From: Bacteroidota bacterium | GTDB lineage: Bacteria; Bacteroidota; Bacteroidia; 2-12-FULL-35-15 | NCBI GenBank assembly: GCA_003151815.1 | Contig: PLYN01000045.1 | Span: 126,511-190,510, forward strand | Length of the DNA: 64,000 bases | Direction: 5' to 3' | Shown here: piece by piece, positions 50,679 to 63,600 of the stretch | Layout: each line of letters opens with the position of its first letter | Numbering within the stretch: position 1 is the stretch's first letter | Translations under genes and position numbers: made by a program | The notes under the pieces: model-generated | Told to the model about the DNA's origin: nothing | The model's input: the letters and a program-made list of their open reading frames with translations, nothing else | Databases searched by the model: none

Positions 50679-53600
50679 TTAATTCACGATCAGCCTCTTG
50701 CAGTATATTTTTTGGTTAGAAGTAGCAGTGATCATATACACTCCCTTACTTAATTTTTGAAGTAGGTCAATAGCATAAACAGCGTTTCCTTTTTGCTCAG
50801 TAACAACTATTTTAGAGTATAATTCCTGACCTAAAACATCATACACCACAATCACAACTTCCTGACCTTTTTCGGCAGTGATGATAGAATTAAGTGCTGT
50901 ACCATCACTTGGATTGGGTGAAATGTTAAACGAGAAGTCCGCGTTTCCTTTAATCTCCACTACAGCAATATTCGAATATTTAAACTCCCCATTAAAATCG
51001 GTTTGTTTCAAGCGGTAATAATAAACACCCGGAGTCACATTATCGTCATTTAAATAATAAGAAAGATCCGATGTGCTATTTCCGCCTTTTGCTTTAGAAG
51101 GAACGATAACACCTACAGCAAAAAAGTGGATCCCATCTAACGAACGTTCAACAGTAAAATAATCGTTGTTGATCTCCGATGCTGTTTGCCAGGTAGCATC
51201 AACCGTACTACCATTGTATGTAGCATTAAAATAAAGCAATTCAATAGGCAATGGATTCGTATTTGTAGTATCACCGAACGTAAAAGGACTGAATTCGGTA
51301 ACCAATGTATTGGAGGTAATGGAACCGGAAGAACTTCCTCCACAGCTTCCTGTAGTAGTAACCCTCGGATTATTATCTTCCCATGAACCCATAGTGCCGC
51401 CTGCATTAGTAGCGTTAGAAGGATCCCAATGCGCAATTTTCAAGGTGTTGCAATTTGATATTCCGCTCCAGCCGGCATCTTGCCACCATAACGTTAACTT
51501 TCCTCCATGAACTGTATTAACAGGACTTACTCTGAAAAAGTCCCAACGTTCTACAGCACTTACTTTTTTAAGTACCGGCGAAGGCGTTGCAGCCATATAT
51601 GCCGGGGTAACTTTTGCAGCCGAGGTATTATAATATTCCGCCTGAAAATCACAAATAGTATCCAGATTTTTTATACCTATTCTTGCCCATTTTGTTCCTT
51701 TTCCGGTAGGAAAAACATATGGACCTACCCCGTGTAATCCATTCCACCTCATCGGTCCGCTAACAAAACTACCAACATTACCGCTATCTGAACTTGCGGT
51801 ACTGGTAAGGGTTAGCAGGTTAGATGTACTCGAAATTATAATGCCATTCGTCAGCTTAAGCGTATTAGTAATAGTAGCCGGCTGAGTAAGCGTATCATTA
51901 TTACTACCGGAGCCTCCTGTTTTGTTCATCGTAACACTATAAAAAAAGTTTTCTGCAATACCACCTATGGATGTGTTTGTAGTGCCCTGAAACGTTGTTG
52001 TTCCGGAAGCAGGCGTAAATGCTCCATTGTTTAACCAATTACCACATACATTTAAACCATAGGTAGTCAAATATTCAAGGGAAGCGCCTGTTGAAATCGT
52101 CAAATCTCTACAAACCGCACCCGCAGCCCCAATTTGTGGGAATTGAGCACCTGGAGGAGTAGTAGGAATAAACGCGTCAGCAGTACAAGAAGGGATGCCA
52201 CACCAGTTACCGACAGTAAACCAACTTCGATCGGGATTAGCAAGCCCTGTCCAGTAACCACTTGGGTTGATAGTTGCCGTTACTATTTGAGGAGACATTC
52301 CACCATCTGTTCCAACACAACCTGTTGCCGTAACAGTAGGTATTACAGAATAGGTTACGGTAGTTATAGCACCTGTATTAATTGTTATTGTATTATTAAT
52401 GGTAGCACCGCTTTGTGTCGTTAAACTTTCACCAGTTGTGCTGGCATTGTCTGCCGCAATCCATGCATACGTTGAAGCCGCTGCCGGGGTACTTGCTAAT
52501 GGAATGTTCAGAGCCGTTCCGCTACACGCATATCCTACTGTAGTTGTTACTGCCGGACGAGGATTCGGATTTAATGCTAAAGTACGTGCTGTTCCATCGC
52601 CGCATGAATTATATTCGATTACCTGAACGTTTCCTGCTACAGCTCCTGCTGTTACCGTTATCGAATTGGAATTGCCACCTCCTGTAATTGTCCAATCGGA
52701 GGGTACCGACCATTGGTAACTCACTGCAGTTCTGTTTTGTGTAGTATATACCTGTGTTGTACCTTGACAAGGAGTAGTATTGGGAGCTATATTTGCAAGA
52801 ACAGTAACAGCAAGTATTGATGCTGTACTTGTTGAACAGCCACTGCTGGCAGTTACGGTTATGTTTCCATTTGAACCGGCGACACCCGCAGGTACCGATA
52901 TTGAAGTGGTTCCTTGGCCTGTTATTGCACCCCAACCTGCAGGCACCGTCCAAGTATACGTTGTAGCGTTAGTTACCGGGGCAATGCTGTAAGGCTCAAC
53001 AAACCCTGCGTATGTGGTAACAATACCTGAAATGGCGCCCGGTGCAGCAGGAGCAGCGGGGTTTACAACAATTGTTGCGGTGATAGCAGGACCGGCACAG
53101 AAAGTACCTGTAGGTCCTGTTGGTATGATGGTAAAGGTTACCGTTATAGCTGAGGATGTTGAATTGGTTAATACCACTCCTGTAATATCTCCGGTACCAC
53201 TGGCAGCAATACCTGTTACGCCCACTGTGTTATCCCTCGTCCATGCATAAGTAGTACCTGCAACGCCATTACTTGTGCTTAAAGCCATTGTTGCAAATCC
53301 TCCGGTAGAACATATTGTTTGACCACTATTAGTAACTGTTGCCAGAGGTATTACATTTACAGTTGCTGTTATGGTATTCGAATTTACAGCAGCTACCGAT
53401 GCGCAAGCCGGAACATCCACATCAGGAGTCATCACTACACTTACTTTATCGTTATTGGCGAGTGTTGAAGTGGTATAATTGGAATATATTTCACCGGCAA
53501 TATTTACTCCGGCCTTTTGCCATTGATAGGATGGAGTAGTACCGGCATTGGTAGGCGTAGGAGTAAATACCACACTGGTTCCGGCACATATAGCTCCCGA

Positions 53601-56600
53601 CGGTGATGCCGCAATTGTAACAGATGGATTTAAAGGCGTAATAGAGAATGTTCCAATTGCAGGCGATGTAGTAGGCGGACAAGGAGCGGATGTTACTGTT
53701 CGTTGATACCAGGTATTGGCTCCTAAGGCCCCCGGTGAATAATCCGGTGTTGTGGCGATAGTTCCACCCCAACCTGCGGTACTACTTGTAGTAGATGATA
53801 CCCATGCATATGTATAGGCTCCATTACCGCCTGCAGGAAGGCCACCTGCCAATGGCGAAGGTGTTGCTCCTGAGCAAATACTTTGTGTTGCACTGATGAT
53901 ATTATTAGTTATGGCGGTATTTACTGTTATTGCAATTACGGCAGAAGTATCTGTTGCACAAACGCCGGATGTTATATATCTTCTATACCAGGTTGTTACC
54001 GTTGGTATATTGCCACCCGTAAGACTACGGGTGGTGAGGGATTGTATTCCACCAAATAGAACAAAACCGGCAGTACTACTTGTTGTTGACCATTGCCAAT
54101 GAGCAGAAGGGGATCCATTACCTCCCCCGGGTGTAGTACCTGTTAAACCGGCAGGTGTAGAACCTGTACAAATAACCTGTGCAGTGCTTATTACGTTGTT
54201 ATTAATAGGACTGTTAACGCTCATGGTTATGGTATTGGATGTTGACTGCCATGGAGTAGCACAACCCAAGCTGGTAGTCATTAAAACGGTAATAGCATCA
54301 TTATTTGAAAGCGTAGTAGCAGCATACGTATAACTATTCGTTCCAACCAAGGCTCCACCATTTTTCCATTGATAAACAGGAGTTCCGCCGCCACTTGGTG
54401 TTGCAGTAAATGTTACACCTGTACCGTTACAAATAGCAGTTGCAGTTGCAGCAATGCTTACACTTGGCGATACACTGGTACCAATAGTTAAACTAAATGT
54501 TGCTGTTGATGCAACACCTGTACATGTTCCTGTTGCAGTTAAGGTATAAACAGTTAATGCCTGACCGGTGGTGGGGGTTCCGCTGATGGTATAAACACCA
54601 TTGGAGTATGAACCTGTAATGCCCGTAGGTAATGCAGGACTCACTGAAGCGCCTGTTCCGCTGCCGGTGAGTGTATAAGTAACAGGTACAATGGTGTTGC
54701 CGGAACATAAATTTTGATTGTTAGTACCGGGTACTGATGTTAAACTGATTACAGCATAGGGAGTAATGTGCATAAAGATAGGCGTAGAAATATACGAACA
54801 ATTATTGGTAGCATTATTAGATATCATATTTACAGCGATAGCATCTCCTTCTGCAAGTGTTGCATCACTATATGTTGTAGAATTTGTTCCAACATTCACA
54901 CCATTTTTTGTCCATTGATAAGTTGGTGTAGTTCCGCCGTGAAAAGGGGTGGCTGTAAATGTTACATTGGTTCCTGCACAAATGCTATTGGAAGTACTTG
55001 CCGCAATAGTAACATAGGCAACCGTAACCGAAAATGTAAAGGCAGTACCTGCACCACTACAATTAACCGGTGTCACAGTAATATTACCGGATGTGGTACT
55101 TGGATTTACATAAATCGAGCTGGTAGAGTCACCCGAAATTTGAACCCATCCTGTAGGAAATGTCCAACGATAATGATCCGCCGTAGCAGGATTTATATTA
55201 TAATTTTGCGAATAGCCGGCGCATGGATATTGAATACCTGCCGTGTTAACAGTTAATAAAGCCAATCCATTGCTATATACAAAAGGTGTACAAGTACCGG
55301 AAACTTTGCAACGGTAATAATTACCATTCTTGGTTGAAGCAGGAGTGACAATTGTTAATGTTGCCGTTGTTCCATTCGTATAAGTTGCGTTAACAGGAAC
55401 GGCTGCAAAAGTGGCTCCTCCATCGGTGCTTTCCTCCCATTGATAGCTAAGACCTGCACCTGTTGCAGTAACTGTAAAAATACCATTTGGTGTTGCCGGT
55501 GTTGCTGTTGGATCTACCAAATATGAGACCGGTTGACCGGTAATAGCAGGCAATGCATTTACCATAACTGCCACGGCACTGCTGGTAACAGAAGTACAAG
55601 GTGCTGTTCCTGTTACAACCGCATCATAATTTCCTGCAGCAGCAACAGCAGGATTTGTGATGGTTAAGGTAGCTCCGGTAACACCACTATAAGTGGCATT
55701 ATTAGCGATATTTGAACCTGCTAGCCTCCATTGATATGTTAAGCCCGTGCCGGTTGCGGTCACACTAATAGTACCTGATCCTGAACCGGCACAAAATGCA
55801 GCGGGAGCGACCGGCTGAACAGTTATTGTAGGTAAAGCGTTTACTGTTTCAGCAACACCACTTATTGTAGAACCGCATGGACTTGTTGCCGTTATTGAAT
55901 AATTCCCTGCCATTGCTGTTGTAACACTTGCATTTACTACTCCGGGACTTAATGAAGTAGAAGTAAAACCGTTGGGACCTGTCCAGCTATAGCTGGTTGC
56001 ATTGGTTGCAGCGCCGGTCATTGATAAACTACTTCCCGAACATATTGGATTGGTATTAGGAGTTGCTGATACAGCAGAAGGAACGGCTGATACAGTAACT
56101 GTCGCGCTTTGTCCGGAACTACAACCTCCTGCTGTAACAGAATAGGTAATTGTACATGATCCTGCTGCAACACCGGTCACCACGCCTCCGGCACTTACCG
56201 TTGCCACTGCAGTATTACTGCTTGCCCAAACTCCTGCTGCATCCGGATATCGAACAATCACAATACCTGAACCACCGGCACCGGCAAGTGTACCATCACC
56301 AATTCCGGTACCACCACCACCACCACCTGTATTTGCTGTTCCATTATTACCTGCACCTGTAGATCCGGCACCACCACCACCATTACCAGCAGCACCAACC
56401 GACCCTGACGCACAAACAACACCACCGCCACCGCCACCGGCATAATATACAGATGAACCGGAAATAGCATAAGCCAATCCTGCTCCACCTGCTCCACCTG
56501 CTCCGGTAGCTCCAGTTGTTCCCGCTTTATCTGCACCACCACCACCACCAGCACCTGTATTACAACCAATTGTTGGATTTTGTCCTGATCCACCTGAATT

Positions 56601-58586
56601 TCCCTGACCGGCAGTATTCGTACCAGCAACTGATAAACCAGCAGTAAACTCCCCAGCAGCTCCACCACCGGAACCTCCGGCACCAGCTGTATTTGAACCA
56701 TTAGGATTATTATAACTTCCCCCACGACCACCGCCATTTGCCGTAATCAATGCTCCAAATGTTGTATTTGAGCCCACAAAGCCTGCATTAGCATTAGCAC
56801 CGGCTGCGCCACCGGTACCAATAGTTATTGCATAAGTAGTATTAGCTGCAACTGCTTGACTTGCATTATGAACCAAACCACCGGCACCTCCTCCACCACC
56901 GCCATTTCCACCACCACCACCACCACCGGCAACTGCTAATACCTCTATATTGCCGCTAAAACCTGCCGGGGTTATAAAATTTCCATTTCCTGTAAAAGTA
57001 TGCGTACGATATCCACCTGAAGTAGTACCACCTGCAGGAGGAGTACTTGCCAATGTTGTTGTACTACCAATACATACAGAGGTGGTACCTGTAATAGAAG
57101 CGGGAGTGGGCGGTAAAGTAGATGACACTTCTAATATACGAGTAGGAGTAGTACAAGCACCAACAACTGCGTAAACACTGACATTTCCATTTTGACCTGC
57201 AGTACCTACGGTTGATACTGTCATTGAATTGGTTGCTCCACCAGCCTGCGTCCATCCTGTAGGAACTGTCCAAGTATAAGTAGGACCTCCGGCAACTGCA
57301 GTAATACTATATGCTTGAGTCACTGCACCGGGACATTGCTGAACAGTTCCGGTTATAGCACTCAGTGTGGCAGGCGCTGTAGTTATGGTTACCGTTACGT
57401 CAAACCTTGTTGTACTTTCACAACCACTAACCGTTTGGGTTGCATAATAATGAGTTGCAGTAACCAAAGCGGTGCTAGTTGCTAATGCTGTACCTCCACT
57501 TGATGCGGCATACCATTGTATTGCTGTTCCTGTTGCTGTTAAGCTTGCTACGGTTGGACTCGAACTACTACAAAAGCTTTGAGAAGCACTACCTGTGGGT
57601 GCTGCCGGTGGACTGACTACTGTCCAGGTAATTACTACATAGCCATCTTTACCATTGACAGAAGTACAAGTACTGTTAATCGTTCCACCAGTAGCATTAC
57701 CAGCAGCACCTCCAGCATTACCGGGTACTGTACCAGCACCATTTGTTATTGTATTAGCTGTTCCTGCATTCGTTGAGCTGGATCCACCAGCACCACCACC
57801 ACCGCCAGTACCATTATTGACACCACCATTACCACCAAGGGCACCACCACCACCTCCTCCACCACCACCATTAGTACCGGAAGCTCCCCCATTTGCTCCT
57901 ATACCTGTACCTGTATTTCCTGAACCACCAGCGCCCCCACTATTACTACCATTAACACCACCACCACCACCAGCGCCACCAACGCTACTAACACTACCAC
58001 CACCACCACCACCACCACCAGCTATAGCAAGTGTTGTACTTGTGGTTGAATTTAAAACATAAGAAGCGCCACCACCACCCCCACCTGCGCCAGCTTGAGA
58101 AGCAGTTGCTGCTCCTCCGCCCCCTCCTGCATGGGTTGCGTTTCCATATCCGGAGCCGCCAGCACCAACACAAGCACCACCGCAGCAACCATTCCCACCA
58201 TGTCCACCAACAACAACTGTTAAAACATCAGCAGGGCTTACTGCATAAGTAGCTGTTGCATAAGCTCCACCACCACCGCTACCACCTGCTTTACTATTAC
58301 TTCCACCATCACCACCCGCACCACCACCGGCACCCCAACATTTAACAACTATTGAAGTAACACCACAAGGAACAGTAAATGATTGAGTACCGCCTGTATA
58401 AGAAAAATTAGTAGTTTGTGCAAATAATTTATTGGGTAGGATTGCCGCAAGAAGAACCACAATGCAAAAAAGGAAGGATGAAATTATTTTTTTACCCGTA
58501 TTCGAACGCAACAAAGAAGCACCAGAGGCCTTCTCCTTCTTGCTTTTTGAAACATCTAAAAACTTATTTGGGTAAGATTTTATCAT
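50679..58586 (-). CDS. Giant (2635 aa) secreted multi-domain protein: two glycine-rich (PF12810/ALK-GRD-like) domains, many Ig-like/PKD-like modules, T9SS type A (Por_Secre_tail) C-terminal sorting domain
   Basis: Gly-rich domains at about aa 61-325 (DNA about 57610-58410) and aa 524-785 (about 56230-57020), starting with F-x-Y/H-T-G...F-x-V/T-P...GV and ending [12 protein letters not shown]-terminus ...[59 protein letters not shown] matches type A. The start codon is uncertain (long leader before the hydrophobic core). Confidence 0.7.
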   Translation of the reverse strand: MIKSYPNKFLDVSKSKKEKASGASLLRSNTGKKIISSFLFCIVVLLAAILPNKLFAQTTNFSYTGGTQSFTVPCGVTSIVVKCWGAGGGAGGDGGSNSKAGGSGGGGAYATATYAVSPADVLTVVVGGHGGNGCCGGACVGAGGSGYGNATHAGGGGGAATASQAGAGGGGGGASYVLNSTTSTTLAIAGGGGGGGGSVSSVGGAGGGGGVNGSNSGGAGGSGNTGTGIGANGGASGTNGGGGGGGGGALGGNGGVNNGTGGGGGAGGSSSTNAGTANTITNGAGTVPGNAGGAAGNATGGTINSTCTSVNGKDGYVVITWTVVSPPAAPTGSASQSFCSSSSPTVASLTATGTAIQWYAASSGGTALATSTALVTATHYYATQTVSGCESTTRFDVTVTITTAPATLSAITGTVQQCPGAVTQAYSITAVAGGPTYTWTVPTGWTQAGGATNSMTVSTVGTAGQNGNVSVYAVVGACTTPTRILEVSSTLPPTPASITGTTSVCIGSTTTLASTPPAGGTTSGGYRTHTFTGNGNFITPAGFSGNIEVLAVAGGGGGGGNGGGGGGAGGLVHNASQAVAANTTYAITIGTGGAAGANANAGFVGSNTTFGALITANGGGRGGSYNNPNGSNTAGAGGSGGGAAGEFTAGLSVAGTNTAGQGNSGGSGQNPTIGCNTGAGGGGGADKAGTTGATGAGGAGGAGLAYAISGSSVYYAGGGGGGVVCASGSVGAAGNGGGGAGSTGAGNNGTANTGGGGGGTGIGDGTLAGAGGSGIVIVRYPDAAGVWASSNTAVATVSAGGVVTGVAAGSCTITYSVTAGGCSSGQSATVTVSAVPSAVSATPNTNPICSGSSLSMTGAATNATSYSWTGPNGFTSTSLSPGVVNASVTTAMAGNYSITATSPCGSTISGVAETVNALPTITVQPVAPAAFCAGSGSGTISVTATGTGLTYQWRLAGSNIANNATYSGVTGATLTITNPAVAAAGNYDAVVTGTAPCTSVTSSAVAVMVNALPAITGQPVSYLVDPTATPATPNGIFTVTATGAGLSYQWEESTDGGATFAAVPVNATYTNGTTATLTIVTPASTKNGNYYRCKVSGTCTPFVYSNGLALLTVNTAGIQYPCAGYSQNYNINPATADHYRWTFPTGWVQISGDSTSSIYVNPSTTSGNITVTPVNCSGAGTAFTFSVTVAYVTIAASTSNSICAGTNVTFTATPFHGGTTPTYQWTKNGVNVGTNSTTYSDATLAEGDAIAVNMISNNATNNCSYISTPIFMHITPYAVISLTSVPGTNNQNLCSGNTIVPVTYTLTGSGTGASVSPALPTGITGSYSNGVYTISGTPTTGQALTVYTLTATGTCTGVASTATFSLTIGTSVSPSVSIAATATAICNGTGVTFTATPSGGGTPVYQWKNGGALVGTNSYTYAATTLSNNDAITVLMTTSLGCATPWQSTSNTITMSVNSPINNNVISTAQVICTGSTPAGLTGTTPGGGNGSPSAHWQWSTTSSTAGFVLFGGIQSLTTRSLTGGNIPTVTTWYRRYITSGVCATDTSAVIAITVNTAITNNIISATQSICSGATPSPLAGGLPAGGNGAYTYAWVSSTTSSTAGWGGTIATTPDYSPGALGANTWYQRTVTSAPCPPTTSPAIGTFSITPLNPSVTIAASPSGAICAGTSVVFTPTPTNAGTTPSYQWQKAGVNIAGEIYSNYTTSTLANNDKVSVVMTPDVDVPACASVAAVNSNTITATVNVIPLATVTNSGQTICSTGGFATMALSTSNGVAGTTYAWTRDNTVGVTGIAASGTGDITGVVLTNSTSSAITVTFTIIPTGPTGTFCAGPAITATIVVNPAAPAAPGAISGIVTTYAGFVEPYSIAPVTNATTYTWTVPAGWGAITGQGTTSISVPAGVAGSNGNITVTASSGCSTSTASILAVTVLANIAPNTTPCQGTTQVYTTQNRTAVSYQWSVPSDWTITGGGNSNSITVTAGAVAGNVQVIEYNSCGDGTARTLALNPNPRPAVTTTVGYACSGTALNIPLASTPAAASTYAWIAADNASTTGESLTTQSGATINNTITINTGAITTVTYSVIPTVTATGCVGTDGGMSPQIVTATINPSGYWTGLANPDRSWFTVGNWCGIPSCTADAFIPTTPPGAQFPQIGAAGAVCRDLTISTGASLEYLTTYGLNVCGNWLNNGAFTPASGTTTFQGTTNTSIGGIAENFFYSVTMNKTGGSGSNNDTLTQPATITNTLKLTNGIIISSTSNLLTLTSTASSDSGNVGSFVSGPMRWNGLHGVGPYVFPTGKGTKWARIGIKNLDTICDFQAEYYNTSAAKVTPAYMAATPSPVLKKVSAVERWDFFRVSPVNTVHGGKLTLWWQDAGWSGISNCNTLKIAHWDPSNATNAGGTMGSWEDNNPRVTTTGSCGGSSSGSITSNTLVTEFSPFTFGDTTNTNPLPIELLYFNATYNGSTVDATWQTASEINNDYFTVERSLDGIHFFAVGVIVPSKAKGGNSTSDLSYYLNDDNVTPGVYYYRLKQTDFNGEFKYSNIAVVEIKGNADFSFNISPNPSDGTALNSIITAEKGQEVVIVVYDVLGQELYSKIVVTEQKGNAVYAIDLLQKLSKGVYMITATSNQKIYCKRLIVN

Positions 58587-59096
58587 TTTAAAAATCAGTT
58601 TCTGCTAAAAAGTTTTAAATTAATAGTATTATCTCAAGCAATTCTACGCAAATTCTCCTATCAAGGTTTCAAATTTTAAACATTCGAAGGTTGATAAATA
58701 GATGTTCGAATTAGAATTATCGTATAAACTTAACAAGCAAAAATAAGCCAAAAATGCTTGGTTTCTCTAATTTTTATCAACAAAATTCATTGATCTGTTA
58801 TCATTTCTTAAGGATTCATCAGGATTAACGAAAATGAACAGGATTGGGTTGCATTTGTTGATAAGTTAGAGATTAAAAAAATACAGATTGCAGATTGGAA
58901 AATTGAAGGTTGTATGGATAAGACAAATGACACGAATTTCACGAATTAAAACTCAAATGTACGGATAAAGACGTTGAAGGAGTTTTTTATGGATTATCGT
59001 TTGTATTTAATACTTGCATTTCGACTGGTAAAGAATGTTTTTGACTAAAGACATTGAATACATGTAAATGTTCCTTACATTTGCATAACAAATTAG

Positions 59097-59354
59097 ATGG
59101 AACTTCGAACAATGGAAACGATTAGAAACCTTATTACAATCGATAGTGAAATACTTGGTGGGCAGCCTGTTTTTAAGGGTACCCGAGTACCTATCGAGAC
59201 TTTATTCTTACATTTAGAGAAAGGCATTTCACTAAATGAGTTTTTAGAGGACTTTCCCACCGTAACCCAAGATCAAGCTGTTGCAATTCTTGAAGTTGCA
59301 GAAAAAGTTTTAACTTCTAAAAACTTTGCTAAGTTATATGAAACTGCTGCTTGA
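59097..59354 (+). CDS. DUF433-family protein (putative antitoxin of a DUF433/DUF5615 pair)
   Basis: ILGGQPVFKGTRVPIETLF motif typical of DUF433; stop overlaps the downstream gene start. Confidence 0.75.
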   Translation: MELRTMETIRNLITIDSEILGGQPVFKGTRVPIETLFLHLEKGISLNEFLEDFPTVTQDQAVAILEVAEKVLTSKNFAKLYETAA

Positions 59355-59658
59355 CGAAAATCTACCCAAAAGGCTCAAAATAGATCTTTCAGAACATGAT
59401 ACTTACACCGTCAGAGATAAGGGTTGGAACGGAAAGAAAAACGGGGAACTTTTAAAGCTGATGCTAGAGGATAGTTTTGAGGTTTTAATTACTTTTGACA
59501 AAAATCTTCAATATCAGCAAAATTTTAGCAAATATTCGCTTCCCGTATTGGTTCTAAATGCGACTGACAATTCATATCTTACACTTCGTTTACTTGTTCC
59601 GCAAATTAAGATTATTTTGTCAAAACCCCTAAATGTAGGATCAATAGAAGTGAAATAA
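59326..59658 (+). CDS. DUF5615-family PIN-like (Mut7-C-type) putative toxin
   Basis: MKLLLDENLP N-terminus (ATG at 59338, or TTG at 59326); overlaps the DUF433 gene by 17-29 nt. Confidence 0.7.
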   Translation: MLSYMKLLLDENLPKRLKIDLSEHDTYTVRDKGWNGKKNGELLKLMLEDSFEVLITFDKNLQYQQNFSKYSLPVLVLNATDNSYLTLRLLVPQIKIILSKPLNVGSIEVK

Positions 59659-59726
59659 AGTTTTAGACTTTTTTGTCGTAAACGAATTCCCGACAAAATT
59701 AAATTTTTTTTTGGATGTAGGAAAGT

Positions 59727-59987
59727 TTATAAATAATGCCCCTTGAGAGAATAAACATAAATTGTTTGATTTTCAATTGAATAGACCAGCCTGTTTTCTC
59801 TATCAATTCTCCTTGACCATTTACCTGTAAGCTGATGTTTAAGAGGTTCTGGCTTACCAATGCCATCGAAAGGGTTTTCAACAATAGCTCTTGTAAGCAT
59901 TGCAATACGTTTGAGGATAATTTTATTTCCAGTCTTTTTCCAATAAACTAAATGTTCATGAGCCTTTGGGAGTATAACTACTTCCAT
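59727..59987 (-). CDS. yoeB: Txe/YoeB-family type II toxin (mRNA interferase)
   Basis: Strong similarity to YoeB: LVYWKK..., FDGIGKPEPLKHQLTGKWSRRIDRENRLVYSI..., ends ...SLKGHY. Confidence 0.85.
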   Translation of the reverse strand: MEVVILPKAHEHLVYWKKTGNKIILKRIAMLTRAIVENPFDGIGKPEPLKHQLTGKWSRRIDRENRLVYSIENQTIYVYSLKGHYL

Positions 59988-60241
59988 AAATCATCCAATT
60001 CTTTGAGGGTAATTTTTTTTCCTTTCCCATTTTTTAAGTCTTTATCACCCTGTTGAATCATCGCAACAAATTCAGGATTATAAGGAGACTTATTTTTAGG
60101 AACTTCGAATTTTATTTTTAATGCCTTCATAAAAGCCTTTAAAGCTTCGAATTTATCATCACTACCCGGATGAACAATTATTATGTCAGATGTTTTCATT
60201 TGTAGATAATTTGTTTTTTCACAATACAAAGGTAATGTCAT
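59978..60241 (-). CDS. Putative YefM/Phd-like antitoxin partnered with the YoeB-like toxin
   Basis: Overlaps the yoeB start by 10 nt; the C-terminal region (YNPEFVAMIQQGDKDLKNGKGKKITLKEL) resembles the YefM C-terminus. The true start is probably the internal Met (MKTSDIII). Confidence 0.5.
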   Translation of the reverse strand: MTLPLYCEKTNYLQMKTSDIIIVHPGSDDKFEALKAFMKALKIKFEVPKNKSPYNPEFVAMIQQGDKDLKNGKGKKITLKELDDLWK

Positions 60242-60313
60242 TATACTACAAATTGCAAATAAATTAAATGAATTCGGCTAAAGGGTGATAAATAATCTGA
60301 TAAGGACTTTCCA

Positions 60314-60484
60314 TCATAATTGTTTAGTGACTAGCAATTTCGCTGCTTTCACCACTTCTTCACGGCTTTTTCCTTTTACTTTCCCTGATTCAATGTCCTT
60401 TGCCCGACGCTGCATTTCCTTTACAAACACATTATTCCAAATTTCGTGTTTTTCTTTTATTTCTTCCTCCACTATTGTCCTCAA
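60314..60484 (-). CDS. Small unannotated ORF (56 aa, TTG start): Unstab_antitox/TIGR02574-like addiction-module antitoxin, apparently N-terminally truncated (possible pseudogene)
   Basis: Translation LRTIVEEEIKEKHEIWNNVFVKEMQRRAKDIESGKVKGKSREEVVKAAKLLVTKQL. The W..E..RR...I.SGKVKG...EEV pattern matches the family C-terminus. Below the 60-aa cut-off of the ORF track, and antisense to the spurious ORF 60285-60578. Confidence 0.35.
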   Translation of the reverse strand: MRTIVEEEIKEKHEIWNNVFVKEMQRRAKDIESGKVKGKSREEVVKAAKLLVTKQL

Positions 60485-60650
60485 ATTGTGTCAAGCTATT
60501 TCAGGGATAGACATAATTCAAAACCAGAGCGCCATTGCGAGGGAGGAGCGAAGGGAGTTAATACAAAAAACCAAATAACCATAATGGTATTTTATTTTTA
60601 AAGCCATATTCAATATCGTTAGATGCTATAAATGCAAGGGTTGAAAAAAA

Positions 60651-63600
60651 CTAATAGCTTTTCATTGAAGTAGGCGCGGCAGGGGCAGCCTGTAATGTTT
60701 GTGTGCCACCCGCAGTTGTTGGCCCACCGGATTGCGTACCGGCATATGTAAGATCGCCGGCTGTTATTGCATTACAAGTAATTGTATTACCACTTGTTGG
60801 TGAAGCAACAACATCTACTGTTATCCAAAAATAATAGGTTGTTCCTGATGTGAGTGTGGGAGTTGTAAAAGCGGCGAATGAACGAGTACCTGCACCACCA
60901 CCGGCAGTAAGCAAATCAGCACCTACTTGAGTAGCAGTACCGGGAAAAGTATTTGAAGCGCTATACCATAATTGATATTTAACAATGTCAGCCTGTGCAT
61001 AGCTTCCTGTGGTAGTAAATTGAACATTTGTTAAGTTTCCATTACCAACTGTAATTGCCCCACTGAAACTTTGAATAGGAACTTTTAGGGTGGATGGAAC
61101 TTTACAAGCTGCAGATATAGTGTTTGAAGCTAATGCAATTGCCGAACAAGCACCAACAGTAATAGGTGCTGTAACTGCAGTAGAGGTACAACCGGAAGCA
61201 CCGGGGTATGAATAACTTATTGTAGCTGAACTCCCTGCCGAAACACCTGTAATAGTTGTTGCAGAACTTGTTGCAGTAACAGTAGTAGTACCAACGGTTA
61301 CTTGTCCATTATTACTTGACCAGGTGCCACCTGTTGGATCGGGATAACGTATAATAACAATACCTAAACCTCCTGCTCCACCTGAATAACCTGCATCACC
61401 ACCACCACCACCACCACCAGTATTTGCTGTGCCGGCAACTCCAGTAGTATTAGTTCCGCCCGCTCCACCGCCACCCGAACCACCGGCTGCTGCAGAAAGA
61501 CCACTTCCGGCATTATAAACACAACCACCACCGCCACCGCCATAAGTAACAGAAGCTCCCGAGATCGAAAAAGCTTTACCGTTTCCCCCCGCTCCTGCAG
61601 TATTACCGCTTCCTGCAACTCCAACAGCACCGGCACCACCGCCACCCGAACCTCCCCAACCAAAACTACTTTCTGTTCCCCCGTCATTACCTTGACCTGC
61701 CGGACTTGCAGTTCCACCGATACCCAATGTTGTACCATCCGCCGGACTTCCACCACCTCCGCTACCTCCATTATCACCAGCCTGTCCGTAACAGGGTGAT
61801 CCACAAATCCTTGTGCCACCGCCACCGCCACCTGCAGCAGTTATTCCGTTGAAAACTGAAGCTTGGCCGTCGTTTCCATTTGTAGAATTATAAGCACCAC
61901 CATTGCCACCACTACCCACTGTAACTGCATATCCGGTAGAAGCAGCCACTGATGATGTAGTATATATTACACCTCCTGCACCACCACCACCACCAAAACC
62001 GCCACCACCACCGCCACCCGCAACAATTAATACCTCTACAGTTCCAGGGTTAAAACCTAAAGTTGTAAATGATTGTCCATCGGTAGTAAATTTATGTATT
62101 CGATACCCTCCCGAAGAAGTAATGGTACCACCGGTAGGAAGCCCTGCTGTAGTTAATACTGATGTAGCTGCACAATTAATAGAAGTTGTTCCTGTAATAG
62201 CATCTGGGGCTGGCAAAGTATAAACCGTCATTGTTCCTGTTGCATAGGTAATTGTATAATTACTTAGCCCTGACCCAACGGCAGCACTGGGAGTAATTGT
62301 GGAAGCTCCTGCTCCTGCTCCTGCTGCTGCACCGGCACACGCAAATGTTGCGCTGGTAACAGCATCTGTATTTTTGAGCCCGCTTGTGGCAAATTCAGTT
62401 CCGGCAAATGTATAAGTTGATCCCTGGCATTTAGGTATATTATAGGCGGTTATGGTTAATGGGGCGGTAACTGTAATTACTTTAGTCTGTGCAGGGCTGG
62501 CAGTACAAGGAAAACCGGCACCACCATATATATAGGAAATGGTGGTTGTTCCATATGCAACACCCGTAACAACTCCTGTAGATGCATTTACGGTTGCTAC
62601 CGCTGGCGCACTGCTTGACCAAGTACCTGCAGTTACATCTGCATAGCGAACTATTACTATTCCAGTACCTCCTGCACCACCAGCGCTACCACCTCCACCA
62701 CCACTACCTGTATTTGCTGTACCCACTCCTCCTGAAGGTCCACCCGCACCTCCAACTGCGCTACCTCCAGATCCATTATTTGCTGTTTTCCCTGCTGCCG
62801 GTGGATAACATGTAATACCACCGCCACCGCCACCCGCATAAAATGTTGCTGTTCCGGAAATACTACTTGATATTCCTGCCCCACCATTACCACCAGTCGC
62901 ACTTGTATTGGCAACAAATCCACCATTACCACCTACAGCACCTGCACCACCACCGCCGCCACCTGCTGAATAACATCCCTTATCACCAACTGTGGCAATA
63001 AACCAATTACCATTACCACCTGCACTTTTTGACGTACCAGAACCACCTGCAGCAACACCTGTAGAAAGTGCAGCAGTACTAGCACCACCACCACCACCAC
63101 CTGAACCACCTGAAAGAGCGTTTCCACCAGCATCTCTGGATGCACCACCACCACCACCGGTAGAGGTGATAACTGTTCCCGTTCCAAATACGGAACTCCC
63201 GCCAACAAATACCCCTGCACCGCCTGAATTAGTCCCTACAAGTCCACCATCACCAACAGTCACAGGGTAAGTAGTATTCGCGGCAATTAGATAATTTGTA
63301 TTAGTTGTATATGCACCCGCACCACCACCACCACCACCATTAGCGCCACCGCCACCACCACCACCAACAACCAAATACTCAAAATTGCTTGGTATGAAAC
63401 CAACAGGAGTAATGAATGATGTCGATCCAACAGTTGTAAATTTGTGGACTCTATAACCTGCTGCTGTACCGGGTGAACTACTAACTAAATCACCACCGGA
63501 AGGACCTGTTATAGTTAGGGCAATTGTAGAGCCAACCACAACAGCTGCTGGTCCACCAATTGACGGTGCTTGTTTGCATTGTGAAAAAGTTTTATTAGGC

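Noticed and set aside
57655-58062. Proline-rich 135-aa ORF (PPPPPP...) on the + strand, plus several Cys/Arg-rich antisense ORFs between 51-58 kb and 61.3-63.3 kb
   Set aside because: These are reverse-complement readings of the GGN-rich glycine codons of the minus-strand giant genes (CCN = Pro). They lie fully inside much longer ORFs that carry clear domain signatures.
60285-60578. 97-aa + strand ORF in the gap between the yefM-like gene and the giant paralog
   Set aside because: No motif; it is antisense to a minus-strand frame whose translation matches an addiction-module antitoxin C-terminus, so I judged it spurious.
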